Of a stretch of 35,106 nucleotides of DNA, positions 8,780 to 15,923 are shown piece by piece (within the stretch, counting starts at the first letter, position 1; the number at the start of each line of letters is the position of its first letter). The notes under the pieces were generated by a model. The model had not been told where the DNA came from and searched no databases. It worked only from the letters and a program-made list of their open reading frames with translations. This DNA comes from a virus. The DNA lies in the IMG/VR virus record IMGVR_UViG_3300045988_029541. One strand, 5' to 3'. The position numbers and the translations under genes are program-made.

Positions 8780-9333
8780 TTTTCTTCTTCCTTCAATGCT
8801 TTCTGGTATTCTTTTAGTTCTTCCACAATTAGATCTTTCGGAAGAACGTCTTTGCAGAAGTACGCTGTCGCGAAACTGCTGCCCTTTTTGTACTCTTTCA
8901 TGTTTTCTGGATTGTGAAAGCCGATTCTTTTATCGAATGTCAAAATCTGTATTCCTTGTTTGAAATATTTGTATCTTGACACGCCTTGAAGCGAATTCAA
9001 CGGCAACAATATTGCAAACGGCTTCCCCAGTTCATACAGCCTTTTCAGAACTGCGTCTTTCTGTGTAAATGGCGGATTGCTTATAATCACGTCATATTCT
9101 GTCGGTTCGAATTCAAAGAAATTTTGCCCTTCTTCAAGACTGCTTCGTTCTACTTGCCACCCCCCCCGCTTAAATGTTTGAAAAAAAGCTGACCATTCAC
9201 AATCGAACGGACACCAGACTTTCAACGTCTTTGGTATGTATTTTGTTATCGGATCCACCGCATAAAACGGCGTATACTGTTCATTGCTTTCTTCTGTTCT
9301 TGCTGCTTTCAAATATCCTTGATTCAATCCCAT
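8776..9333 (-). CDS. Orphan DNA amino-methyltransferase (N6-adenine/N4-cytosine class)
   Basis: DVIISNPPFTQKD is motif IV, (D/N)PP(Y/F). ATG 9333 (MGLNQGY...) follows the rep stop. The ORF is 185 aa and there is no restriction gene nearby. Confidence 0.7.
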   Translation of the reverse strand: MGLNQGYLKAARTEESNEQYTPFYAVDPITKYIPKTLKVWCPFDCEWSAFFQTFKRGGWQVERSSLEEGQNFFEFEPTEYDVIISNPPFTQKDAVLKRLYELGKPFAILLPLNSLQGVSRYKYFKQGIQILTFDKRIGFHNPENMKEYKKGSSFATAYFCKDVLPKDLIVEELKEYQKALKEEEK

Positions 9334-9337
9334 TACT

Positions 9338-10156
9338 TTAGTTCCTTTCTGCCTGCTGATTTTCTGTGATCTCAATTTCGCCAGTTTCCAGATTCAGTGA
9401 ATATGTATCACGATTCTTTTGTTTTCTCTTCTTGCCATTTTTCACAAGCGTATATGTGAAATACATGAAGCCCGTTACTTCGTGCCATGCTTCGCGAATG
9501 CTTTCTTTGTCCAGATACCAGCCAGAAGGGACTTGAATCGTGTGATTATATGCATTCCTGCTTCTGATCGTTGTTTTCTCTGGTTCTGGGATCACAAGGT
9601 TTCGGCTGCTGTTGTATCTCTTTCCCCCGAATCCTTCCGCTGTCTTCATGGTCTTTTCCGAATACTTCACGAAATACGCCGCAAGCTTTGCATATTGTCC
9701 GCTGTCGTCCATAGGTTTAATTGTGATCCAGCCTTTATCCCACAGCCCCTTCAATACTTGTGTGTCAATGTGGTTCAAACACATATGCACATGCGCTGCG
9801 CCCCTTTCTCCCACTTCTGGAACCCAGACATATTTTGCAACTGTTCCAGCCTTCTTCTGTGCTGCCCTTATTCCACGTAGTAATTTTTCAACGTCTTTTC
9901 GAAGTGCCGCTGGATCTTCTGGTCTTTTGTCTTTCGCATAGCTGAATGTTATGTACTGGCTTGTTCCGTCATAGTTGGCATTCAAGATCCATGTCAGCTT
10001 TTTTATTGCCTGCCTGCTATTCACTTTCTTCTGTGCTTCGCTGGTCTTATTCTCTTTCGCCTTTCTGGATCCTTCTTTTTTGTCTGCACGTATGCTGTAG
10101 TAATACGTGTACTGTTTTGTCTTTCCTGCTTTGCAAACTTCCTTCTTGTATGGCAT
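9338..10156 (-). CDS. HUH-superfamily rolling-circle replication initiator (Rep)
   Basis: All three motifs occur in order: YITFSY (motif I-like), AAHVHMCL (HUH) and LAAYFVKYSEK (catalytic Tyr motif YxxKY). RBS AAAGGGG lies upstream of ATG 10156. Confidence 0.65.
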   Translation of the reverse strand: MPYKKEVCKAGKTKQYTYYYSIRADKKEGSRKAKENKTSEAQKKVNSRQAIKKLTWILNANYDGTSQYITFSYAKDKRPEDPAALRKDVEKLLRGIRAAQKKAGTVAKYVWVPEVGERGAAHVHMCLNHIDTQVLKGLWDKGWITIKPMDDSGQYAKLAAYFVKYSEKTMKTAEGFGGKRYNSSRNLVIPEPEKTTIRSRNAYNHTIQVPSGWYLDKESIREAWHEVTGFMYFTYTLVKNGKKRKQKNRDTYSLNLETGEIEITENQQAERN

Positions 10157-10232
10157 GTATGTAAACCCCTTTTTGTCGGTAAAATAATAAACTTAACAAG
10201 TCCGTCACGCGGGTTTCAAACCCGCCATTTTC

Positions 10233-10261
10233 TTGACTTTTTGGCATACATGCTATATAAT
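10233..10261 (+). promoter_or_regulatory. Consensus sigma70-type promoter, plus strand (TTGACT-17-TATAAT)
   Basis: TTGACT is at 10233-10238, followed by an exact 17-nt spacer and TATAAT at 10256-10261. It sits in the intergenic region upstream of rep and points away from rep. Confidence 0.6.
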
Positions 10262-10267
10262 ATTTTT

Positions 10268-10335
10268 ATCAATTTAATTTTTGCATGTTATGCCGAAGCC
10301 CACTTGAATTCCCGTTCAAGTGGGTTTCTTCTTTT
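10268..10335 (+). ncRNA. Candidate ~68-nt antisense (counter-transcript) RNA opposite the rep leader
   Basis: It is defined by the consensus promoter above plus the intrinsic terminator at 10299-10335. It carries no SD-preceded ORF and is antisense to the minus-strand transcript between ORF 10376-10762 and rep. Confidence 0.45.
10299..10335 (+). terminator. Intrinsic terminator, plus strand
   Basis: A perfect 10-bp stem pairs cccacttgaa (10299-10308) with ttcaagtggg (10315-10324), with a 6-nt loop. It is followed by tttcttctttt. On the minus strand no U-tract follows. Confidence 0.6.
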
Positions 10336-10375
10336 ATCGTCGGAAGTGCAATTTGCTTTTCTGTGATCATTTCTT

Positions 10376-10762
10376 TTATTGTTCGAATGAATCCGTGTCT
10401 GACATTTCTCTAACAACTTTGATCTTGTCCTTTGCCATTTGCATGATTCTACATTTCAGCCCAGTTCTGATCGTCAATGTCATGTTCTTCGCTTTCTTGT
10501 CGCAGATCAGATCGACCGCGCTTTTGATCTCTCCGATCACTTCGTCTGGCTGTCTGTGTTCGCCCGCTCCTTCTCCGAATAACTCGTCAACGCGCCGTTT
10601 TGCTGTATCTCTCCGAAGTGCTGCTTCTTGATACACTTTCGCGTCGTCGCATTCACAGTGAAGCGTTGCGCATTCGTCCCGCTGCGGCTCTGTCATTCCT
10701 TCTCCGTCTTCGACAAGAATCTGCTGCCCGCAAAATCTGCATGTTCCTTGCGCTGCTGCCAT
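10376..10762 (-). CDS. Hypothetical protein with N-terminal Cys cluster (128 aa)
   Basis: CRFCGQQ...ECATLHCECDD suggests a small metal-binding module. Otherwise nothing is recognised. Confidence 0.6.
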   Translation of the reverse strand: MAAAQGTCRFCGQQILVEDGEGMTEPQRDECATLHCECDDAKVYQEAALRRDTAKRRVDELFGEGAGEHRQPDEVIGEIKSAVDLICDKKAKNMTLTIRTGLKCRIMQMAKDKIKVVREMSDTDSFEQ

Positions 10763-10779
10763 GTTTGCACCTTCCTTTC

Positions 10780-11229
10780 TTAAATCATATTAAAATGCTT
10801 CAAAATAAAAACTGTAGCAAAATACAAAAGCATAGCGATCGCATAAGCAATCACGCCTTGCTTCTTTGCCCTTCTCTGTAGTTTCCGCATGGATCTTCCC
10901 CACATTGATTCGCGATCTGGCGACCATGATTTGTCGTCTATGTATTCATGTGCGAAGATCTTTCTGCTGTCATTGCCCCATTTTTCCACGCTCTCTGGTA
11001 CATTTTCGTTGATGTAGTCGAATTTCAAGCTGTATTCTTCGCAGAACTTCAACGCCGCTTCCAGATCTTTTCCGCAACGGCATGTCCACAGAATCAAAAT
11101 GCAGCCTTGCTGCTGCAACTGTTTAACAAATTGAATCATGCGCAGCTTCGGTGCGACGATCTCTGGGAACTTTGTTTCTGCAAGTGTCCCGTCAAAGTCA
11201 ACTGCAATGATTCTTCTATACTCGCTCAC
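10780..11229 (-). CDS. HAD-superfamily hydrolase-like protein with C-terminal TM helix
   Basis: IIAVDFDGTLAETKFPE contains HAD motif I, DxDGT. The C-terminal GVIAYAIAMLLYFATVFIL is hydrophobic. Confidence 0.6.
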   Translation of the reverse strand: MSEYRRIIAVDFDGTLAETKFPEIVAPKLRMIQFVKQLQQQGCILILWTCRCGKDLEAALKFCEEYSLKFDYINENVPESVEKWGNDSRKIFAHEYIDDKSWSPDRESMWGRSMRKLQRRAKKQGVIAYAIAMLLYFATVFILKHFNMI

Positions 11230-11585
11230 TGGATCACCTTCTTTCGTAATCTGCGCATGATAATATTTGCATTGATTTTTTCCACTTCGTGAAGTTTATC
11301 TTCACCCATTGTCCCCAGCATTTCCACAATGTCCACCGCTTCTGTATCTTCAATGATCCCGTGAATCCTCATTGCGTTCGCATATCCGACAGCGATCGCC
11401 GTCTGGATCAGCACGTCGTCGTGTGTTTCTGCGATCAGAATATCTTTGCAAAGTCTTTCGATCATGTGCATGTCCTCTGCCTGCTGCCCTGCGCAACGTG
11501 GATTTGCTTTGACAATCACAACCCTTTTCGCATTCTCTCTTTTATGGTTTTCTTCATGCTGTTTTCTTGTAAATAATTTGATCAT
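11226..11585 (-). CDS. Hypothetical protein (119 aa)
   Basis: The ORF is packed in the operon, with a 4-nt overlap with the downstream gene. I recognised no motif. Confidence 0.55.
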   Translation of the reverse strand: MIKLFTRKQHEENHKRENAKRVVIVKANPRCAGQQAEDMHMIERLCKDILIAETHDDVLIQTAIAVGYANAMRIHGIIEDTEAVDIVEMLGTMGEDKLHEVEKINANIIMRRLRKKVIQ

Positions 11586-11612
11586 GATATACTTTCCTTC
11601 CTTCTGCGCGTG

Positions 11613-12260
11613 TTATTCGTCTTCCTGCTCTGCGTCGTCCTCTGCAACTCCCAGCTGTACAACCGATACTTCATAGGCTGTCATGAGATACGGCGCAGAT
11701 CCTTCGATTGCTTTTTTATATTCTCTTGACTGGAAGCGTCCTTCTACTTCCACATATGTTCCTTTTTTCAGTTTTCCCGCTGCGTCCGCTACGTTCTGCC
11801 AGCAAATACAAGGAATGAAGCTGACGTTCTTCTTTCCTTTGACAGCGATCATGATGTCTGTGATATGTATTCCTTTTGAAGTTCCTCTTGCGCGTGGATC
11901 CTTGCAGATATGCCCGCACAATTTAACGACATTCTGTTTTTCAGTGATTGCTTCTACAATCTGGACTTTCCCTGCCGCAATGAAGATTTTTACTGTCGGC
12001 GCAGTCGGTACAATTTCGCGGACGTTCTCTGTTCTGATCTCCCCCGTTACATTCACGCATGTTCCCGCTTCCAGCTTTTCAAAGTCTTCTTCCTGCATTG
12101 CGGATCCGTCAAATTGCAAGATCAGCACGTCTTCTGTTCCGCTCTTTCTTTCTGCCACAAGCTTTGTTTCATATCTGCGACGCTCATATTCTGACGCGTC
12201 AAGAATCAACTGCGGCTTGTCCTTGATCACTCCCGCGATCTTGATTTTGTTGTTTTTCAT
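11613..12260 (-). CDS. Tandem OB-fold SSB-like protein with acidic tail
   Basis: The second half, NVSFIPCICWQNVADAAGKLKKGTYVEVEGRFQSREY, resembles the SSB OB-fold core. The first half repeats the pattern (KIAGVI...CVNVTGEIRTENV). The C-terminus is AEDDAEQEDE. Confidence 0.5.
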   Translation of the reverse strand: MKNNKIKIAGVIKDKPQLILDASEYERRRYETKLVAERKSGTEDVLILQFDGSAMQEEDFEKLEAGTCVNVTGEIRTENVREIVPTAPTVKIFIAAGKVQIVEAITEKQNVVKLCGHICKDPRARGTSKGIHITDIMIAVKGKKNVSFIPCICWQNVADAAGKLKKGTYVEVEGRFQSREYKKAIEGSAPYLMTAYEVSVVQLGVAEDDAEQEDE

Positions 12261-12318
12261 TCTCTTTGATTTCCTTTCTGATTATTATTTTGTCGTCGGA
12301 AGTGATTTTTGCTTCGTG

Positions 12319-12615
12319 TTATATGTAAAAGTCGTAGTACAGCGACATTTGAAGATCGCTGAAACTGTACTGCGCCATTTCCTCTGGCTGCACTGGTGGG
12401 ATCAGTCCTTTTTCTTTCCACTGCTTGTGCGTTATTTCTGGACATGCGCGAAAGCTTTTCACTTCGTCTTTCCCGTGTTCGATCATCACTTCGTCGACCT
12501 TTCCGAATCCGCCGATCAAAGCAGCCCGAAAGCCCATGAAAAGCCGTTCTTTGTCCTTAAAAATCCGCACTCTGTCTGGGTTCTGTATGACTGCGATCAT
12601 TTCTTCAAGTTTCAT
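12319..12615 (-). CDS. Hypothetical protein (98 aa)
   Basis: I start it at ATG 12615 (MKLEEMIAVIQ...), abutting the upstream stop. The longer track ORF overlaps the upstream gene. Confidence 0.55.
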   Translation of the reverse strand: MKLEEMIAVIQNPDRVRIFKDKERLFMGFRAALIGGFGKVDEVMIEHGKDEVKSFRACPEITHKQWKEKGLIPPVQPEEMAQYSFSDLQMSLYYDFYI

Positions 12616-12833
12616 GCTGTTATTCCTTCCCCGCGGATCCTCGCGATTTCTTCTTCCAGATCGACGCCCGCATATTCCGCCAGCTTTCCTTCCGTGATGT
12701 TGTACGTCCATTTTGAAGACATTTTCAGCGCAGTTCCTATCGGAAGAACACGTTCTTGCATTCCAATTCTGATGAATTGCTGTGATACGTGCAGCACTGC
12801 GGCTGCTTCTTGAACTGTGATTTTGCCGATCAT
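12612..12833 (-). CDS. Excisionase/MerR-type HTH DNA-binding protein (candidate Xis or early regulator)
   Basis: MIGKITVQEAAAVLHVSQQFIRIGMQERVLPIG matches the HTH_17-like pattern. ATG 12833 lies 1 nt after the upstream stop. The ORF is 73 aa. Confidence 0.5.
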   Translation of the reverse strand: MIGKITVQEAAAVLHVSQQFIRIGMQERVLPIGTALKMSSKWTYNITEGKLAEYAGVDLEEEIARIRGEGITA

Positions 12834-12834
12834 G

Positions 12835-13674
12835 TCATTCACCTTCTTTCCAGATCTCGTTCGCTTCTGAATAGCACTTTCTTTCCATGTAGTAGTCATA
12901 CAAGAATTCCTTTTGTGCTTTTGTTCGCACATGGTTTTCAGATTCTGTCGGATATGCAATGCCTTGTGACGGATTGTGAAGAAGGATCCAGCCACGATCA
13001 ACAAGTGCGTCACCCGAATTGTACAGTCTGTATTTACAGTCTGTTTCTTCATATTCTTCTTCCGTCAAGTTATCACGAAGCCAGTCGTCAGCCCATTTTG
13101 AATGTTCTCCCCACTCCACGCCGTGAAATGTTCCATTCGGTTCAAGCCAGCCGTAGTCTTCCGTCGTGTGTTCTTCTTTGTCTGACATTCTCTTCAAGAA
13201 GCTTTCAAGAAGTCCGCTGCGTTCCTGCGTTTCTGCTCTTGCTGGAATGTCTTCAAACAATCTTTCATTCCATTCTTCGAAGTATTCATCATTCAGACTT
13301 CTTTTTTCCCACTCTTCCAGACTGTCCAAAACAAAAAGATACTTTTTCAACAGTGTTTGTTTTTCCTTTTTCTGCTGTTCCAATTCTCTTGCAATCTTGT
13401 CGATCAAATTTTCAAGTTTCCATTTTTCGTCTTGTGCTTCCAGATATTCCAGTCTGTAGTCTCCGTCTGGGTATGTCCCTTTTATTTCTGCCCTTCCGTC
13501 CAGAATGGAAAGCGCAATTCCTGCGATTTCTCCTTCTTCAAGTTCTTCGTTCTGAAGACTTGCGATCAGAATGTTCATTGCCGAATCGAATTTTCTGCTG
13601 TAATAGCACTGTTCTCTTGCAATCTGTGTGATCGCTTCGCCTTCTACTCTCATTGTCAGCATTCTTTCTTCCAT
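12835..13674 (-). CDS. Hypothetical protein (279 aa)
   Basis: I prefer ATG 13674 (MEERMLTMRVEG..., RBS AAAGGA 9 nt upstream). With the track start at 13731 the DGR hairpin at 13705-13725 would be coding. Confidence 0.55.
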   Translation of the reverse strand: MEERMLTMRVEGEAITQIAREQCYYSRKFDSAMNILIASLQNEELEEGEIAGIALSILDGRAEIKGTYPDGDYRLEYLEAQDEKWKLENLIDKIARELEQQKKEKQTLLKKYLFVLDSLEEWEKRSLNDEYFEEWNERLFEDIPARAETQERSGLLESFLKRMSDKEEHTTEDYGWLEPNGTFHGVEWGEHSKWADDWLRDNLTEEEYEETDCKYRLYNSGDALVDRGWILLHNPSQGIAYPTESENHVRTKAQKEFLYDYYMERKCYSEANEIWKEGE

Positions 13675-13704
13675 TGCGTTTGTTCCTTTCTTCGTGAGTG
13701 TTTC

Positions 13705-13725
13705 CCCGCCACATTCCGTGGCGGG
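13705..13725 (-). promoter_or_regulatory. GC-rich hairpin 30 nt downstream of VR2 (candidate DGR target-recognition structure)
   Basis: cccgccac (13705-13712) pairs with gtggcggg (13718-13725), giving a perfect 8-bp stem and a 5-nt loop. The geometry matches the hairpin after VR1. Confidence 0.6.
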
Positions 13726-13742
13726 ATTCATGATTCATGATT

Positions 13743-14384
13743 TTAGATTTCGAAGCAGAGCGGGACGGCAAGCGCAGTCGAAGCGTAGTTGTAGCTGGCA
13801 TTACCAACGCTGCCGACATTACAGAAGACCGTCGTGTTCGACGCGTCCGGGGAATCGCACCAGTACCAGTCTGTGTCCTTTCCGTCATTTCCGACTTTCT
13901 TCATTCTGTTGCGTCTATCCTTGTAAAGTTCGAACTGTTCTTCGCCTTCCACATGTTCTGCGAAAATCTCGCGTCCGTGGATCTCATATTCTGACGGGAT
14001 CCACAACTTGTCTTCACATTCGACGATCTTCCCGTCCACATACTGTCTTCTTTTTGTTGTTGCGATCACTTCTTTCAGATCCTCTGGAAGAGTGTTGAAA
14101 ACTTCCGTGTTCAATCTTCTTCGAAGATCAGATTCAGCCCAGCCGCCGTAGTTTGTTCTTTCCTCATTCATAGGCATTTCAGTTGCCAGACAGTCTTTTG
14201 ATACGAATGTCACGCGTTTTCCGTCCTCTGATACTTTTACAGCCTGCATGAAGACGATTTCGCCAGTTGTCAGTTTCAATTCAACTGTATCGCCCTGCTG
14301 CAATGCGATTTTCCCTGCTTTCACTCCTTCCGCAAGTTCCTTCCATGAAATTGACTGTTCCTTCTTTGTGATTAACTTTGCCAT
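13743..14384 (-). CDS. DGR variable protein 2 (stand-alone paralogue of the fibre head domain, C-terminal VR)
   Basis: This 213-aa ORF ends ...CDSPDASNTTVFCNVGSVGNASYNYASTALAVPLCFEI. It aligns with target 1 residues ~92-308 (LTTGE, S[KR]DCLAT, FNTLP.DL..VI, KLW[IL]PSE). Its last 40 codons are VR2. Confidence 0.85.
   Translation of the reverse strand: MAKLITKKEQSISWKELAEGVKAGKIALQQGDTVELKLTTGEIVFMQAVKVSEDGKRVTFVSKDCLATEMPMNEERTNYGGWAESDLRRRLNTEVFNTLPEDLKEVIATTKRRQYVDGKIVECEDKLWIPSEYEIHGREIFAEHVEGEEQFELYKDRRNRMKKVGNDGKDTDWYWCDSPDASNTTVFCNVGSVGNASYNYASTALAVPLCFEI
13756..13862 (-). repeat. DGR variable repeat VR2
   Basis: It is colinear with TR 23386-23492 (offset -9630). There are 11 mismatches, all where the TR has plus-strand T (an A on the coding strand): 13787, 13793, 13795, 13807, 13808, 13810, 13813, 13814, 13828, 13829, 13847. 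Confidence 0.9.
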
Positions 14385-14420
14385 GTTCTTTTTTCCTTTC
14401 CTTCTTTTTGATTTATTGGT

Positions 14421-14720
14421 TCATGCCTTCTGGCTTGTTCCCTGCTCCCGTTCCGATCTTGTTCTGAATGGATCACTGCTGCACAGTTCTTCAACCTCAA
14501 TCAGTTCATGTCTGTATTGATCCGTTTTTATGTGCTTTGAAATGTCATATTTGCAGCCGTACTGCATTATTGCTTGAAATAAATCTTCCAGTTTCCAGTC
14601 TTCGAACGGCTGCGATCCGTCTTTTCCTTTGTACTGCTGCCATTTTCCCAGCAATTCTTCCAGTGCTTCGATCTCTCTATCATCAAGTATGTATTCGACT
14701 GTCATTTTTCTATATGCCAT
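14421..14720 (-). CDS. Hypothetical protein (99 aa)
   Basis: This is the first ORF after the 309-nt intergenic region. I recognised no motif. Confidence 0.55.
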   Translation of the reverse strand: MAYRKMTVEYILDDREIEALEELLGKWQQYKGKDGSQPFEDWKLEDLFQAIMQYGCKYDISKHIKTDQYRHELIEVEELCSSDPFRTRSEREQGTSQKA

Positions 14721-14882
14721 GTCTTTTCCACCTTCCGTCGTATGCGCTTATAAAGAATATCTTTATTTTTTTATTGCTTTGTGCTACAATCATAAAGGCT
14801 TGACGTGGAAGCGCAGAAAGTCGGTGTGATATGACAGATTTTTGCATTTTTGCGGCAGTCCTGCTGCCGTATATATACAATG

Positions 14883-14952
14883 CACTTGCGACGAAAACGC
14901 TTGAACTTCACTTCAAGCTTCACTTTCGACGGATCTTTTCACTTTCGACGAA
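14883..14952. repeat. Three direct 13-nt repeats CACTT(G/T)CGACG(A/G)A in a long intergenic region
   Basis: The copies are at 14883-14895, 14921-14933 and 14940-14952. A 7-bp hairpin pairs gcttgaa (14899-14905) with ttcaagc (14912-14918). Confidence 0.6.
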
Positions 14953-15029
14953 TATAAAAATAGAACTCTAAACCAGTTTTAGCGCGCTCCCGCTATTGCC
15001 TTGAACTGACGTTGTGTTGCAGCACAGCG

Positions 15030-15212
15030 TCAGTTTTCTTTTATATTTGAAATTGCGACCGCTGTTGTGTCGGTCATTCTTGCTTTTTTGTCGATCAGCA
15101 ACAATCCATTGTAGTCCACGTCAACAACTCTGTGTTTCTCGTTCTCGTAAACAACTTCTTTCCCGATCCATTGGCTTTTCAGCTTGTCAATATGTTCTTT
15201 CCAAGTTCCCAT
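15030..15212 (-). CDS. Hypothetical protein (60 aa)
   Basis: I start it at ATG 15212 (MGTWKEHIDKL...), after the upstream stop at 15217. The track start at 15242 overlaps the upstream gene. Confidence 0.5.
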   Translation of the reverse strand: MGTWKEHIDKLKSQWIGKEVVYENEKHRVVDVDYNGLLLIDKKARMTDTTAVAISNIKEN

Positions 15213-15216
15213 GTCT

Positions 15217-15633
15217 TCACTTCCCTTCATTCGGTTCTTCAACCTCTGCTTCGAACCTTTCCAGAAGTGCTTTCATTTCGTTGTATCTCTTCTGGTATTT
15301 CTTGATCTGTTCCACCATGTTACATGCAAGCACACACTTCGGATCTGCGTCTGATTTTGCAAGTTTGTTGCAAGCTTCTTCAACCTTCTCGCCTGCTTCC
15401 TGCATTGCGTCGTCGATCAGATTGTAAATTTCAATATATGTCTTGTGCGACATAGCTTTCTTCGGTTCTTCTGGTTTGCAGATTCCCTTCCATGTGCAGC
15501 CGTCGCACTTGTCGCAGTGAACGCCGCGTCCGTTTATGTCGTTGTATGTGATCATGTCTTCTTCATTTACTGTGTAACGAATAAGCATTCCGCATGGTGC
15601 TGTTTCTTTCAGATCTTCAATTCTTTTTCCCAT
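15217..15633 (-). CDS. Hypothetical Cys-rich protein (138 aa)
   Basis: It carries a Cys cluster, GVHCDKCDGCTWKGICK. It is the second gene of the lytic-direction operon. Confidence 0.55.
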   Translation of the reverse strand: MGKRIEDLKETAPCGMLIRYTVNEEDMITYNDINGRGVHCDKCDGCTWKGICKPEEPKKAMSHKTYIEIYNLIDDAMQEAGEKVEEACNKLAKSDADPKCVLACNMVEQIKKYQKRYNEMKALLERFEAEVEEPNEGK

Positions 15634-15668
15634 AATCTCTTTTCCTTTCGTCGGTTGTGCTGTGTTGC

Positions 15669-15893
15669 TTACGCTGTAGCCTGCTGCACCTTGTAAATTC
15701 CTGCGCTGATTGCAAGTTCTGTCGGATCAGCTTCCATTGCTGAACATATCGCGTAAAACTCCGTGACTTCAATTTTTCTTTGTCCGTTTAGCATTGCGCC
15801 CAGAATTTGTGGTGACAAGTTGATCTTTTCAGCGATAAAGCTTTGTTTTATTCCTTTTTCTTTCATGTACGCTTTCAGATACGCGCCTATCAT
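15669..15893 (-). CDS. Cro-like XRE-family HTH regulator (lytic-direction first gene)
   Basis: ATG 15893 opens MIGAYLKAYMKEKGIKQSFIAEKINLSPQILGAMLNGQRKI, an XRE HTH. RBS AGAAAGGAAGTG is present. It is divergent from the plus-strand repressor gene. Confidence 0.75.
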   Translation of the reverse strand: MIGAYLKAYMKEKGIKQSFIAEKINLSPQILGAMLNGQRKIEVTEFYAICSAMEADPTELAISAGIYKVQQATA

Positions 15894-15923
15894 TTTCACA
15901 CTTCCTTTCTGTGCTTTTGAATG

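Noticed and set aside
10285-10413. 42-aa hydrophobic plus-strand ORF (MLCRSPLEFPFKWVSSFIVGSAICFSVIISFIV...) downstream of the consensus promoter, considered as a type I toxin
   Set aside because: No Shine-Dalgarno sequence is present. The intrinsic terminator (10299-10335) lies within codons 5-17. The ORF also overlaps the 3' end of the minus-strand gene 10376-10762. A non-coding antisense RNA is the simpler reading.
11683-12813. 376-aa plus-strand ORF, the longest plus-strand ORF outside the lysogeny module
   Set aside because: It runs antisense to four well-packed minus-strand genes that have RBSs and recognisable motifs. Its product is low-complexity and rich in S/F/C/L. The plus strand here is pyrimidine-rich, so stop codons are rare by composition. 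No SD precedes it.
12789-13631. 280-aa plus-strand ORF, and similar ones at 6127-6783, 29744-30313, 30222-30791 and 25856-26434
   Set aside because: These are shadow ORFs opposite parB, the tape measure, Tal and other genes. They show the same compositional artefact and have no RBS or motifs.
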